Positions 28,960 through 39,696 of a DNA stretch of 64,000 nt are shown piece by piece. Location: positions 247,132,001 through 247,196,000 of the forward strand of contig OZ024743.1 of the NCBI GenBank assembly GCA_964016885.1, given 5' to 3'. Source of the DNA: Eledone cirrhosa. Lineage: Eukaryota. The notes below the pieces were generated by a model that was not told the origin of the DNA, made no database searches, and worked only from the letters and a program-made list of their open reading frames with translations. Both the position numbers and the translations under genes were made by a program. Position 1 is the stretch's first letter. Each line of letters opens with the position of its first letter.

Positions 28960-29580
28960 GTTGAATAGTCGCCACTTTAACAGGGTAGATGATTGAAGGT
29001 CGTTAGTTGCCAGTGTGGTAAGTGACAGTATCCTCATTGGATTATCTTGTCGACATAGACGTGAGGGAAGGTCCCTCGATCTATTTACCATCTTTGTATT
29101 TACAATATTCCTTTCGTCAGGTCGCCAATTCCAGCAGCATGGATTATAGATGTTATTGAGACACGAGCAACATAATAATGATTTCAACAGCAGAAATTAG
29201 AGATGAAATGTATGTTTATTTTTGATGTAGCACAAACAATGTTTGTTAACTTATATGGTTGAAGTTACAGATAAAAAGAGGTTACAAAAGGGAATGTGCC
29301 ATTGCGCCGTTAAGCCGGCGAGGCTAGGGTGCAAAATCTCACCGTTACATTATGCATGTTGCTGGTTCGAAGTTTCTGGTACAAGAAAGAGATTCTTCAA
29401 ATCCTCGCGGGGAATTTCTTCCTCAGGGCGCGTAGGGATACATCCTCTTCTACTGGCGCTGATTGGCTGAACTGAGCCAAATCACGCACAGAGAATGTAT
29501 GTGAGCCCACGGAATGTAGGTCACTACAAAGTCTTGTTTGATGATTCTGTGAGTATACAGGTGAATCAACTCTAGAGTAA
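28960..29580 (-). mobile_element. Unclassified CpG-rich insertion with LTR-like features
   Basis: TGT...ACA segment 29349-29151 with TATAA then AATAAA on the minus strand; TGGCGAC PBS-like motifs downstream; no clear TSD. Confidence 0.35.
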
Positions 29581-32347
29581 TAAGCCTCATCACTTAGTCT
29601 TCATCATCATCAACGTTTAACGTCTATCTTCCACGCTAGCATGGGTTTAGACGGGAATTGTCCCACTTGAGGCAAGATTGGTTGTCTCGCTCGTATAGGA
29701 CTGTCTGGCAGGTTTTTTACGGCTGGATGCCTTGGCTAATACCAACCACGTTTAAAGTGTGGACTGGGAGGTTTTTACCGTGTTACCTACACGGCCACAT
29801 TACAGCGTGGACTGTGTGTTTTTTTGTCGTGACACCTACACGTCCTCATTTATTTCGGACTAGATGTTGTGGTACCAACATAACTTTACATTGAAAGGGG
29901 TGGTGTGGATGGGGTGGGGGTAGTGGGACGGGGGGTGTATTTTTGTTAAGAGGTGCCTACTGACTGTAGGTTTCGCTTTGTACTTAGGTAAGGAGAGTCT
30001 TCTGCATTACTGTGTAGCGCCAAAGGTCTTGGTTCAGTGACATTGTCTTGGAGAGGTGTAAGTGTGTGAGGTCGGAATTTATCAAGTCGTCCCAGGTTTT
30101 TCTGGGTCTGCCTACTCCCTGGCTACCGTCTATTTTTATCGCCCTGCACTTTTTTATAGAGCTGTCGTCTTTCATGCGCATCACATGACCATACCAACGT
30201 AGTCTTCTCTCGAGTAAAAAACATCTGATCCCTCTTATTCCTAATTTCTCACTTAGTTCATTTATGCTTTGCTGTTCACATATATTACTATTACACATCC
30301 AGAGGAGCATGCATGCTTCGTTCCTCTCTAGTCTGCACAGATCCTCTGCACACAATGCCCATGTTTCACTGCCATGTAACATTGCTGTTCATATGCAGGC
30401 ATCATACAGCCTGCCTTTCATTTTTAGAGAGAAACCTTTAGTGGCCAATAGTGGTATAAGCTCTCTGAACTTTTTCCATCCCGTTCTGACTCTGGCTACT
30501 GTACTTTCAGAGCACCTTCCACCACTGCTGATTTTGTCACCCAGGTAACGGAAGGTGTCCACTATTTCTATAGAGCCATCTGGGCAATAGAAGGAGCCAG
30601 TATCCTGTGGGCACTTGCTACTTATTGCACCTGAGCACCAGCCACATATAAAATCTACGTTCTTAGATAGCTTACCTGTGATTCCACTACATCTTTTATG
30701 CACCTATACTTTGCATTTGGGACATAAAATGGAATTTCTGCCTACTCCTTTCCTACATACTGAGCATGGCCATTTCCCAGGGGGGACCTGTGCCCTATTT
30801 TCCTTCCTACATACTAGAACTTTAGTCTTAGACAAGTTAACTTTAAGGCCTTTAGATTCTAGGCCATGCTTCCATGTTTGGAATTTCTCCTCTAGTTCAG
30901 CCATCGATTCAGCTATGAGCATTAGATCATCTGCCGAAAGAAGTTCCCATGGGCAGCCGGTCTTGAACTCCTCTATTATGGCCTGAAGGGCAATAATAAA
31001 TAGGAGGGGGCTAAGAACGGAGCCCTGATGAACACCAACTTTTACGCTAAATTCTTCACTATATTCGTTGTTAATTCTAGCCTTGCTGACTGTTTCTCTA
31101 TACATGGCTTGTATAGCTCTCACAAGCCATTCATCAACCCCTAGTTTTCTAAGGGCCCACCAGATAATGGCACGGGGGACTATGTCAAAGGCTTTCTCCA
31201 AGTCAACAAAAGCTAAGTATAGGGGTTTACTTTTAGCTAGGCACTTCTGTAGTTGTCGTACAAGGACACAAACCCAAATTGCATTTCATCTAGATTAATT
31301 CGTTCTCTGATTAGTTGTGCTATAACTTTTTCTGTGACCTTCATGACCTGGTCAATTAATTTAATGCCTCTATAGTTTCCCCTATCTAGGGCATCTCCTT
31401 TACCCTTGTAGCAGTTAATGATGATGCTGCTACGCCAGTCATGTGGTATGACTTGGTTTACTATCCGGGTGACCATAATTTGTCCCATAATGTGTTCAAG
31501 ATGCTTTCAGCATTTCAGCAACTATTTCCGAAGGCCCAGCTGTCTTGCTTGTCTTCATATCTTTGATTGCCTTACTTATTATACTACCTTCAACTTGCAC
31601 TGCTGGTCCCCCTATTGGATCGATGTGGGGCAGACTTTGGTCCTCACGTTGTAGAACATACTTGAACTTTCTTTCCTCTGCTTCCCTTCTTGCAAAGTAC
31701 ACTTATCTCCTAGCTTCCCTTCTGGCCACTTGATAGTCTTCTCTACTTCCCCCATCCCGCCATATTTTCCAAGCCTGCTTTTTGGCCTTGATTGACTCCT
31801 CCACCTTACTGTTCCACCACCACGTTACTCTCCTCCTGCCAATAGGTCTGCTCCAGCCACAGATTTCATCTGTCGCCTTCAGCAGGTTAACTTTAGGAAT
31901 TCCCACTGTTCCTCTATATTGTACATCTCTAATTGCTCTTCCTTACTGTCAAAAGCATCAAGTAATATGCTTTTAAATTTGTTACTGGCTGTGGGGTCCT
32001 TTAATTTCCATATTCTTCTCCTTAGGGCAATCCTCCTCTGTTGTCGAGTACGTCTCATCCTGACTATGAGGTCGCTAACTATGAGGCTATATTGAGAGGT
32101 GCATTCTTTATGGGGAGGGATTTAGTGTTTACAACAGACACTCTGTCACGTCTTCTGGTAAGAATATAATCTATCTGACTGGCGTATTCCCCTGATCTAT
32201 AGGTGATCAAGTAATTGTCTCATTTTTTGAAGTTTGTGTTACAGATAGTTAGGTTATTAGCGTCACAGAATTCCAGGATTCTGAAGCCTTCCTCATTTCT
32301 AGTTCCAAACCCATAGCCGCCATGGATTCCGTCATAGCCGTCACAAT

Positions 32348-32523
32348 AATAATGAAATAATAATGAAATTATTGTGTAAAGTGCTCAGGTGCACTACAAC
32401 TCGTCAATATAGTACATAGAATAATACACAAATGTCAGGGAAGTACATGTTTGTATGTGTTAGCTGTAGTGTTGGCGGATCTCGGGAAGCATGGAGGCCT
32501 TAAAGGATGCAGTGTCTCGATAG
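32348..32523 (-). mobile_element. Short 3'-end retroposon fragment with (ATT)n tail (CR1/L2-like), nested in RTE
   Basis: Splits the RTE sequence ccgtcacaat|gttgtccaac; ends acaataatttcattattatt on the minus strand. Confidence 0.7.
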
Positions 32524-32812
32524 TGTTGTCCAACATGACGATTTAGGTCGCCAGCAATAATTATGTCGTCATTGTCTGTTATTTGGGAGGTAGTGAGCAT
32601 TAGCGAGGCAGTCCAGATTGGGGAGCATACGCGGATATTATTGTCACAGTAGTTCTATTTAGGACTAGTCTTATTTTAATAATTCTGTTGTTCACTCTAT
32701 TTACGTCTATTACCTTATCTACCCATTTTTCTGCTAACATGATTCCTACTCCATCCAGCCTATTGTCATTTCCCACCCAGAAAAGTTTATATCATCGTTT
32801 TTCACCCACAAT

Positions 32813-34771
32813 CATCATCATCATCATCATCACCGTTTTACGTCCGTTCTTCCTCGCTAGCATGGGTTAGACGGGTTGTCCTGTTGTGGGCAGTGTCTGG
32901 TCGGCTGACCATGCCTTGCTCATACAGGAACTGATCTGGCTTGATTTCTACAGCTGGATGCCCTTCCTAACACCAACCTCATTTACAGTGAGTGCTGGGT
33001 GCTTTTTCGTGGCGCCTACACGTCCACTTTACAGTGTGGGCTGGGTGCTTTTTTGCTGTGGCACCTCCACGACCACCTTGCAGTGGGGGCATATTGTCTA
33101 TATGCTTCAGCTTGTACCCATGGGAGGTCGGGTACCCTGTATTACTGCGTGACGCCAGAAGTCACGGTCGTGTGTCATTGACTTTGAGAGGTGTAGTTGG
33201 GTAAGGTCGGCTTTTATCACCTCATCCCAAGTCATCTTGGGTCTCCCCACTCCGCGGTTTCCATCAACTTCTAGTGCTCTGCACCTTTTTATGCAGCTGT
33301 CATCCTTCATACGCATCACATGTCCATACCAGCGTAACCGCCTCTCCTGCACGCAGCATTTAATTCCTCTTATGCTCAGTCTCTCTCTCAATTCCTTTAT
33401 GCTTTGTCGTTCACGTATATTACTGTTACACATCCATCGGAGCATGCAGGCTTCGTTTCTCTCTAATCTACGTAAGTCTTCCACCTTCAGCGCCCAGGTC
33501 TCACTACCATGCAACATCGCTGTTCGGATACACGCATCATACAGTCTGCCTTTCATTCTGAGGGAGAAGCCTTTTGCAGCTAGCAGTGGTAGTAGTTCCC
33601 TAAACTTCTTCCATCCCGTTCTTACCCTAGTTATTGTACTTTCTGAGCACCCACCTCCGTTGCTAATTCGGTCACCTAGGTAGCAGAAGCTGTCTACTGT
33701 TTCTACAGGGCCCTCCCAGAGATTGGTGGTACTTGTTTCCTGTGGCTGTTTGCTTGCTGTTTCAGCACAGCTGCTGCATGTGAATCCTACATTCTTAATT
33801 AAACTTCCTGAGATCCCGCTACATCTCTTGTGTACCCATTGTTTGCATTTGGGGCAGAGAATGGAGTTCCTACCTACACCTTTCCTACATACTGAGCAAG
33901 GCCATTTCCCTGAGGGGATCTGGGTTCTGTTTTCTCGTCTACTTATAAGGACCTTAGTCTTTGTCATGTTGACTTTGAGGCCCTTTCTCTCTAGTCCCTG
34001 CTTCCAGGTTTGGAATTTATTCTCTAGTTCTACCATAGATTCAGCTATGAGTGCGAGGTCATCAGCATACAGGAGTTCCCATGGGCATCCGGTCTTAAAC
34101 TCCTCCGTTATTGCCTGCAGGACTATGATGAACAGGAGAGGGCTAAGAACAGAGCCCTGGTGGACCCCAACCTGTACGCTAAATTCCTCGCTATACTCAT
34201 TGCCAATCCTAACTTTGCTGACTGCTCCCCTATACATGGCTTGAACCGCTTTCACAAGCCATTCATCTACTCCTAGTTTTCTAAGAGCCCACCAGATTAC
34301 TGCACGTGGAACTCTGTCAAAGGCTTTCTCAAGGTCGACAAATGCCAAGTAGAGTGGCTTACTTTTAGCTAGGTACTTTTCCTGTAATTGCCTCACAAGG
34401 AAGAGGGCATCAGTGGTGCCTTTCCCTGGTACAAACCCAAATTGCATCTCGTCTATATTCACCCGGTCCCTAATCAGCTGTGCTATAACTCTTTCTGTTA
34501 CTTTCATGACCTGGTCCATCAACTTTATACCTCTATAGTTTCCTCTATCTAGTGCATCGCCTTTACCTTTGTAGCAGTTGACAATGATGCTACTGCACCA
34601 ATCTTTTGGTATGGCCCCCTCTAGTATTACCTGGTTAACGATACGTGTGGTTATAGTGTGACCTACAGACCCAGATGCCTTCAGCATCTCGGCAGCTATA
34701 CCCGATGGACCGGTTGCCTTCCCTATCTTCATATCTCTGATTGCCTTACTTACTACGCTGCCGCTGACTGT
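32813..34771 (-). mobile_element. RTE-clade LINE subfamily B, 5'-truncated, open 541-aa RT ORF, nested in the subfamily A copy
   Basis: ORF 33107-34732 with FVDLEKAFD, GVHQGSVLSP and LLYADD; (GAT)n tail; ACAAT at both junctions. Confidence 0.95.
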
Positions 34772-34905
34772 ACAATGTATCTAGCAAACCCATCCCTCCA
34801 CCTGGTCTCTTGAACACAGCAAACATCAACTTGCTTACATTCAAGAATCTCTACAACCTCGTTAGAGCGACCTTTTAAAGTGCCTACATTCATGGTACCA
34901 ACACA

Positions 34906-35335
34906 CTCTTCACTCCTGCACACCACATCAGATTCCTCTTAAATCCAGCTCCTCCCACAGTTCATCCTTACTCTGCCTTTCTGTCACATTTACATTGCAC
35001 ATCCAACAAAGCATAGCTGCTTTATTTATTTCTACGCATGTCTTCTGCAGTCACTGCCCATGTTTCACTACCATGTAGCACACAGGTCTTCTGCAGTCAC
35101 TGCCCATGTTTCCCTACCATGCAGCATCAGACTTTACACACAGGTCCTTTTGTACATAGGGAGAAACCTTTTGTTGTCAACAGTGGGAGTAGCTCTCTAA
35201 ACAACTTCTATCCTCTCTTTATTGTAGCTATTATGCTCTCAGAGCACCCTCCTCCACTACTGATTAAGTCAATTGGATAGCAGAAGCTATCAACCACTTC
35301 TATGGACCCTTCCTGTGACTTGAAGAGCAAACCTC
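34906..35335 (-). mobile_element. Older RTE fragment (C-terminal RT region)
   Basis: LHGSETWAVTAED remnant with an internal duplication of about 46 bp. Confidence 0.75.
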
Positions 35336-35610
35336 TCAAGTGCATGTCGGATATCAATTTCTGACATCATCCACAAATTCCAGCCGACTGATCCTATACT
35401 CGCCAGTCTCAATACCACTTCCAAACCAGCTGCGTATGTCAATCCTGTCCATGAAGATTATGAATAAGGGATCTCTTTGTTAAGCCTCCCTAGTAAAGTT
35501 TATGCTAAGTGTCTGGCAAAGAGATTGTTGAGTTCAAGTTAGCTGATGATGTGTGATTTTCACCCCAGAAAATAGAATTAAAATATAAATAAATATAATT
35601 TAATATTTAC

Positions 35611-35752
35611 CATAAGTAATTTTCTGATCTTCATTAGAATCTATTTCTAGGAAAATCTGTTGACATTCTGTGCTAGACATTTCGAATATGTGCACCATTA
35701 CAGATATAAAACCATGACTATTGATAAATCCTTCATTTCCATATTCAAATGC
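35611..35752 (-). CDS. LPCAT2: LPCAT exon (142 nt), EF-hands: AFEYGNEGFINSHGFISVMVHIFEMSSTECQQIFLEIDSNEDQKITY
   Basis: Acceptor tttcag, donor gtaaat; DSNEDQKITY(DE) EF loop. Confidence 0.9.
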
Positions 35753-36538
35753 CTGAAAAACAAACATTAAACATTAACCTAAGTTACTAAGTTATCATTT
35801 CAGTAAAAGAGAGGGAGAGGTTGGTTCAAATCATGTGAATCAAACTAGGTAGACAGAAATTGTGTGAAAGCCTATTGGATGGATTTGTACTTGTTAGTCA
35901 AAGTTCCAACCTTATCACACTGATTTGGTTTGAGAATTGCATTAAGAGTACGTGGCATCAACATCACTATTTAATGCCTATTTTCCCATGCTTGCATGGG
36001 TTAGACGGGTTGTCATGTTATGAGATAAGTCAGGTCAGGTGACCAAATCTTACTCATATGGATCTGTATTTTGGCTTGGTTTCTACAACTAAATGTCCTT
36101 CCTAATGCCACATACATACAGTGTGGACTGGGTGCTTTTTTATCAGATTACCAAAACGACCATCTACTAAAGCAGACAGGGTGCTTTTCCTCATGTTACC
36201 AGCATGACCACCTTTCAGGATGGACAAGGCCCTTTTTGTCCTGTCATCAGCACAACCACTTTACAGAGTAGACTGGGTACTTTGTTCTCATGTCACCATG
36301 TGTCAGTGGAATACTCAATCACTTTAATGTTAACTCACACTTGGGTAAATATGTATAATATGTAAAAAAGATAAAATACAATGTATTAAATACTTAGTAC
36401 AGTACATATGAGTAATGCATATAAAACAGGTCTTAAAGTTATGTCCATATCGACTTTGGACAAGTTGGCTAGAACAGAACCTGGTCGTAGGTCAAGGAGT
36501 ACATTTACACTAAATCAAGAAAAAAACAAGTTTCTTAC

Positions 36539-36637
36539 TTGAAAAGCCATTTTCAATACATCGTCAATAGTAGCAGGACCAGAAACCAAACACAGATCTA
36601 CTACATAATCTTTTAAATCAATACTGCCAGTCTGTTC
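36539..36637 (-). CDS. LPCAT2: LPCAT exon (99 nt), EF-hand region: EQTGSIDLKDYVVDLCLVSGPATIDDVLKMAFQ
   Basis: Acceptor attcag, donor gtaaga; GSID..DY EF-hand-like loop. Confidence 0.92.
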
Positions 36638-37377
36638 CTGAATGGAAATAATAGTAATAATTAATCAATAGCAAAACAATTAATCAATACAAAAAAAAAG
36701 AGGCAATCATCAAATTGGACAAAGGAAACAATAATTTCATTGGTCTTTCTATTGCTGATAATATCTGCCTGTCACAACTCCTGGCAGAAGGAAGCAGGAT
36801 TTGAATGCACAAAGTCAGATCAGATACCAGAAAGCATCTTTTTAACAACTTCACCAATCCAGAACAAATAATAAGGTATTTAATCTGATGTGCTAACAGC
36901 TGTGCCAATTCACTGCAAAACAGAAAAAATTATTCTCAGAATAAAATTTTCATTTGGTTGCCTAAAGCTTAAGCTAAGAGAAATTTTATAGACTGATTAA
37001 TTAAATAAAACATGGTGTAAAGAGAGATCTCTCAATTCGGAGAATTGAGAGATCATAGCTTCAATACTATGGACATGTAGTTAGAATGACTCAGGAAAGA
37101 ATCACTTGACAAATTTTATGGGCAGAAGTACCAGGAGTAGACCCCAAGCAAGATGGTCAGATAGCTTCTGACAGGACCCGCTGGAAGGAGTATTTAAGGA
37201 CTCTGTCCCTATGACCCTCTCATGAATAAGTTGGCAAAGAAGAAGAAGTAAAGAGAGAAGTTAGCACAAACTATAATAATTCTGCTAGTATATGGAAAAC
37301 CTGAACTTTTAAATGAGATTTGCACAAAAATACATTTCTTAAAAGTGAATTAATTTTTGATATAAAAAAATACATAC

Positions 37378-37531
37378 AAAATCATAAGCTTTAAATAACC
37401 GCTGAAGGGTGTTGTTCTGTGATATATTAAGATATTCAGAAAATTCTTCATATGACATCTTATCCTGTGGTTCAGAGGAAACTTTCAGACGAATTCTGTG
37501 TAAAACATCATTCATGGCTTCTGTGCTAAAG
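37378..37531 (-). CDS. LPCAT2: LPCAT exon (154 nt): FSTEAMNDVLHRIRLKVSSEPQDKMSYEEFSEYLNISQNNTLQRLFKAYDF
   Basis: Acceptor ttttcag, donor gtatgt; phase 2 to 0 exactly bridges the flanking exons; EEF..YL and LF..YD pattern leading into the EF-hand region. Confidence 0.9.
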
Positions 37532-38563
37532 CTGAAAATAATAATACTGTGTAGTTATAGAGCTGTTTTGTACTTTTCAAGAATACATTGCTAATGTGGT
37601 TTCATGAGATATGTGTTAAAAGATAAGAGTTAAACCAATGTGAAATCAAAACATTATATCATTCACCAAGTCACGTTTGCCATTCTCACTGTCATTTCTT
37701 CAAATGTACCTAAACCCTAGCCTCTATTTCAAGTGATACTTGTTCAAAGTGATGAGGATTTCTGGGAGATTAAAACACCTCGCTTCAGCCATTTTATCCT
37801 CATTTTTCATATTGCTTTTCTCTCTCTGTCTCATATATATATATATCATTATCGTTTCTTCAATATTCTATGCTAGTATGAGTTAGATGAGTTGTCCCAT
37901 TGTAAGACAAGTCAGATCAGGTGACCGTGTCCTGCTCATACAAAATTGTTTCTAGTTAGGTTTATATATATATATCATCATCACCATCACTGTTTTATGT
38001 CTATGTTTACATGAGTTAGATAGGTTGTCATGTTCTTAGGTCAAACTGCATCTTGCTTATATGGGGGGTCTACATACTGTTGAATGAGTGAGTAAACAAA
38101 CATCTAGCAGTACACTATAGGTGTTAGCTGTTTTCCACACTAGCTAAATATATGAAAGGGAGAGAGAGAGAGAATTCTATGTCCATTTTTTGCGGTGGAA
38201 TGGGATCATCATGCTCTGAGATAAGACATGATTGGATAATTGGCTTGTTCATACATTCCATAGTTTGGCCTGGTTTCTGAAGCTGGATACCCTTCCTAAT
38301 GCAAACCACTTTACAGAGTGTATTGAGTGCATGTGGTGGTGTTAAACTGGGTGATGGATTAAGTTTATCACCCAGTTCCCTTTCTTGATTTGAGTTTGTT
38401 TTCTTTATGATAATGACAAAAAGTAAATACACTTCATCAATTTGTCTTTGTTTGGTAAAACATTCATGAAAGAGTACAAGTAAATGAAGTAAGTAATGGT
38501 TAGCCTTTGAGATATATGAAATGTAAAGATTATATGTATTCAGAAATTGTGATTACATATATA

Positions 38564-39498
38564 TGGAGGGTGCTTTGAAAGTACAGTAGCCAGAGTCAGA
38601 ACGGGATGGAAAAAGTTCAGAGAGCTTATACCGCTGTTGGCCACAAAAGGTTTCTCTCTAAAAATGAAAGGCATATTGTATGATGCCTGTATACGAACAG
38701 CAATGTTACATGGCAGTGAGACATTGGCATTGTGTGCAGAAGACCTGCACAGACTGGAAAGGAATGAAGCATGCATGCTCCGTTGGATGTGTAATAGTAA
38801 TATACGCGAACGGCAAAACATATATGAACTGTGAGAAATTAGGAATAAGAGGGATCAGATGCTGTTTACTCGAGAGAAGACTACATTGGTATGGTCACGT
38901 GATGCGCATTATAGATGACAGCTGTATAAAAAAGTGCAGGGGCGATCAAAATTGATGGAAGTTATGGAATAGGTAGACCCAGAAAAACCTGGGACAATTT
39001 GATAAATTCCAACCTTACACACTTGCACCTCTCTAAGACAATGTCACTGGACCAAGATCTTTGGCGCCACACAGTAATACAGAAGACATGCCTTGTCTAT
39101 GTACAAAGCGAAACCTACAATCAGTAGGCACCTCTTAACTGAATATACACCCCAACCCACTACCCTATCCTCCCACTCCCACCAATACCATCCTCTCTCT
39201 GTAAAGTTGGTACCACAATATCCAGTCCTAAATAAATGAGATAATGAGATCGAGATCGTGTAGGTGTCACGACAAAAAAACACAGTCCACGCTGTAATGT
39301 GGCCATGTAGGTAACATGGTAAAAAGTTCCCAGTCCACACTGTAAATGTGGTTGGTGTTAGGAAGGGCATTCAGCCGTAGAAAACCTGCCAGATAGTCCT
39401 ATAGGAGCGAGGTAGTCACCCGACCAACCTTGCCTCAAATTGGGACAACTCCTGTCTAACCCATGCTAGCGTGGAAGATGGACGTTAAACGATGATGA

Positions 39499-39502
<4 letters not shown>
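38564..39502 (+). mobile_element. RTE subfamily A 3' fragment
   Basis: ARVRTGWKKFRELIPLL..LHGSET; same 3'UTR as the other A copies; (GAT)n tail. Confidence 0.92.
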
Positions 39503-39532
<30 letters not shown>

Positions 39533-39550
39533 TTATCATTATTATCATTT

Positions 39551-39696
39551 TTGGCGGTGGATTGGCAGTATTGGTAGTGAGTCAGACGCCATGCTTTCCA
39601 GCATAGTTACGTCCCTTTACGGTCTGAGTTCAAATCCCGCCGAGGTTAACTTTGCCTTTCATCCTTACGGGGTCGATAAAATAAAGTACCAGTAAT
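39551..39696 (+). mobile_element. tRNA-derived SINE with Meta/MESC-like core, 5' part (3' part at 42808-42858)
   Basis: B-box gagttcaaatccc; core gcctttcatccttacggggtcgataaaataaagtaccag; split by the RTE insertion. Confidence 0.85.

Larger units (their letters stand above)
29601..34905 (-). mobile_element. RTE-clade LINE subfamily A, near-full-length but decayed, interrupted by two nested insertions
   Basis: APE start GTMNVGTL..CCVQETRW at 34771-34905; APE continues at 32524-32810 (YKLFWVG..IIIAGDLN); RT at 29984-32345 with frameshifts and deletions; (GAT)n tail at about 29601. Confidence 0.9.

Noticed and set aside
36684-36915. 74-aa minus ORF with an acceptor-like site between LPCAT exons
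   Set aside because: Resembles the repeat at 63280-63450; flanking exons already join in phase.
39551-39650. tRNA gene
   Set aside because: A/B-box head of a SINE; no cloverleaf.
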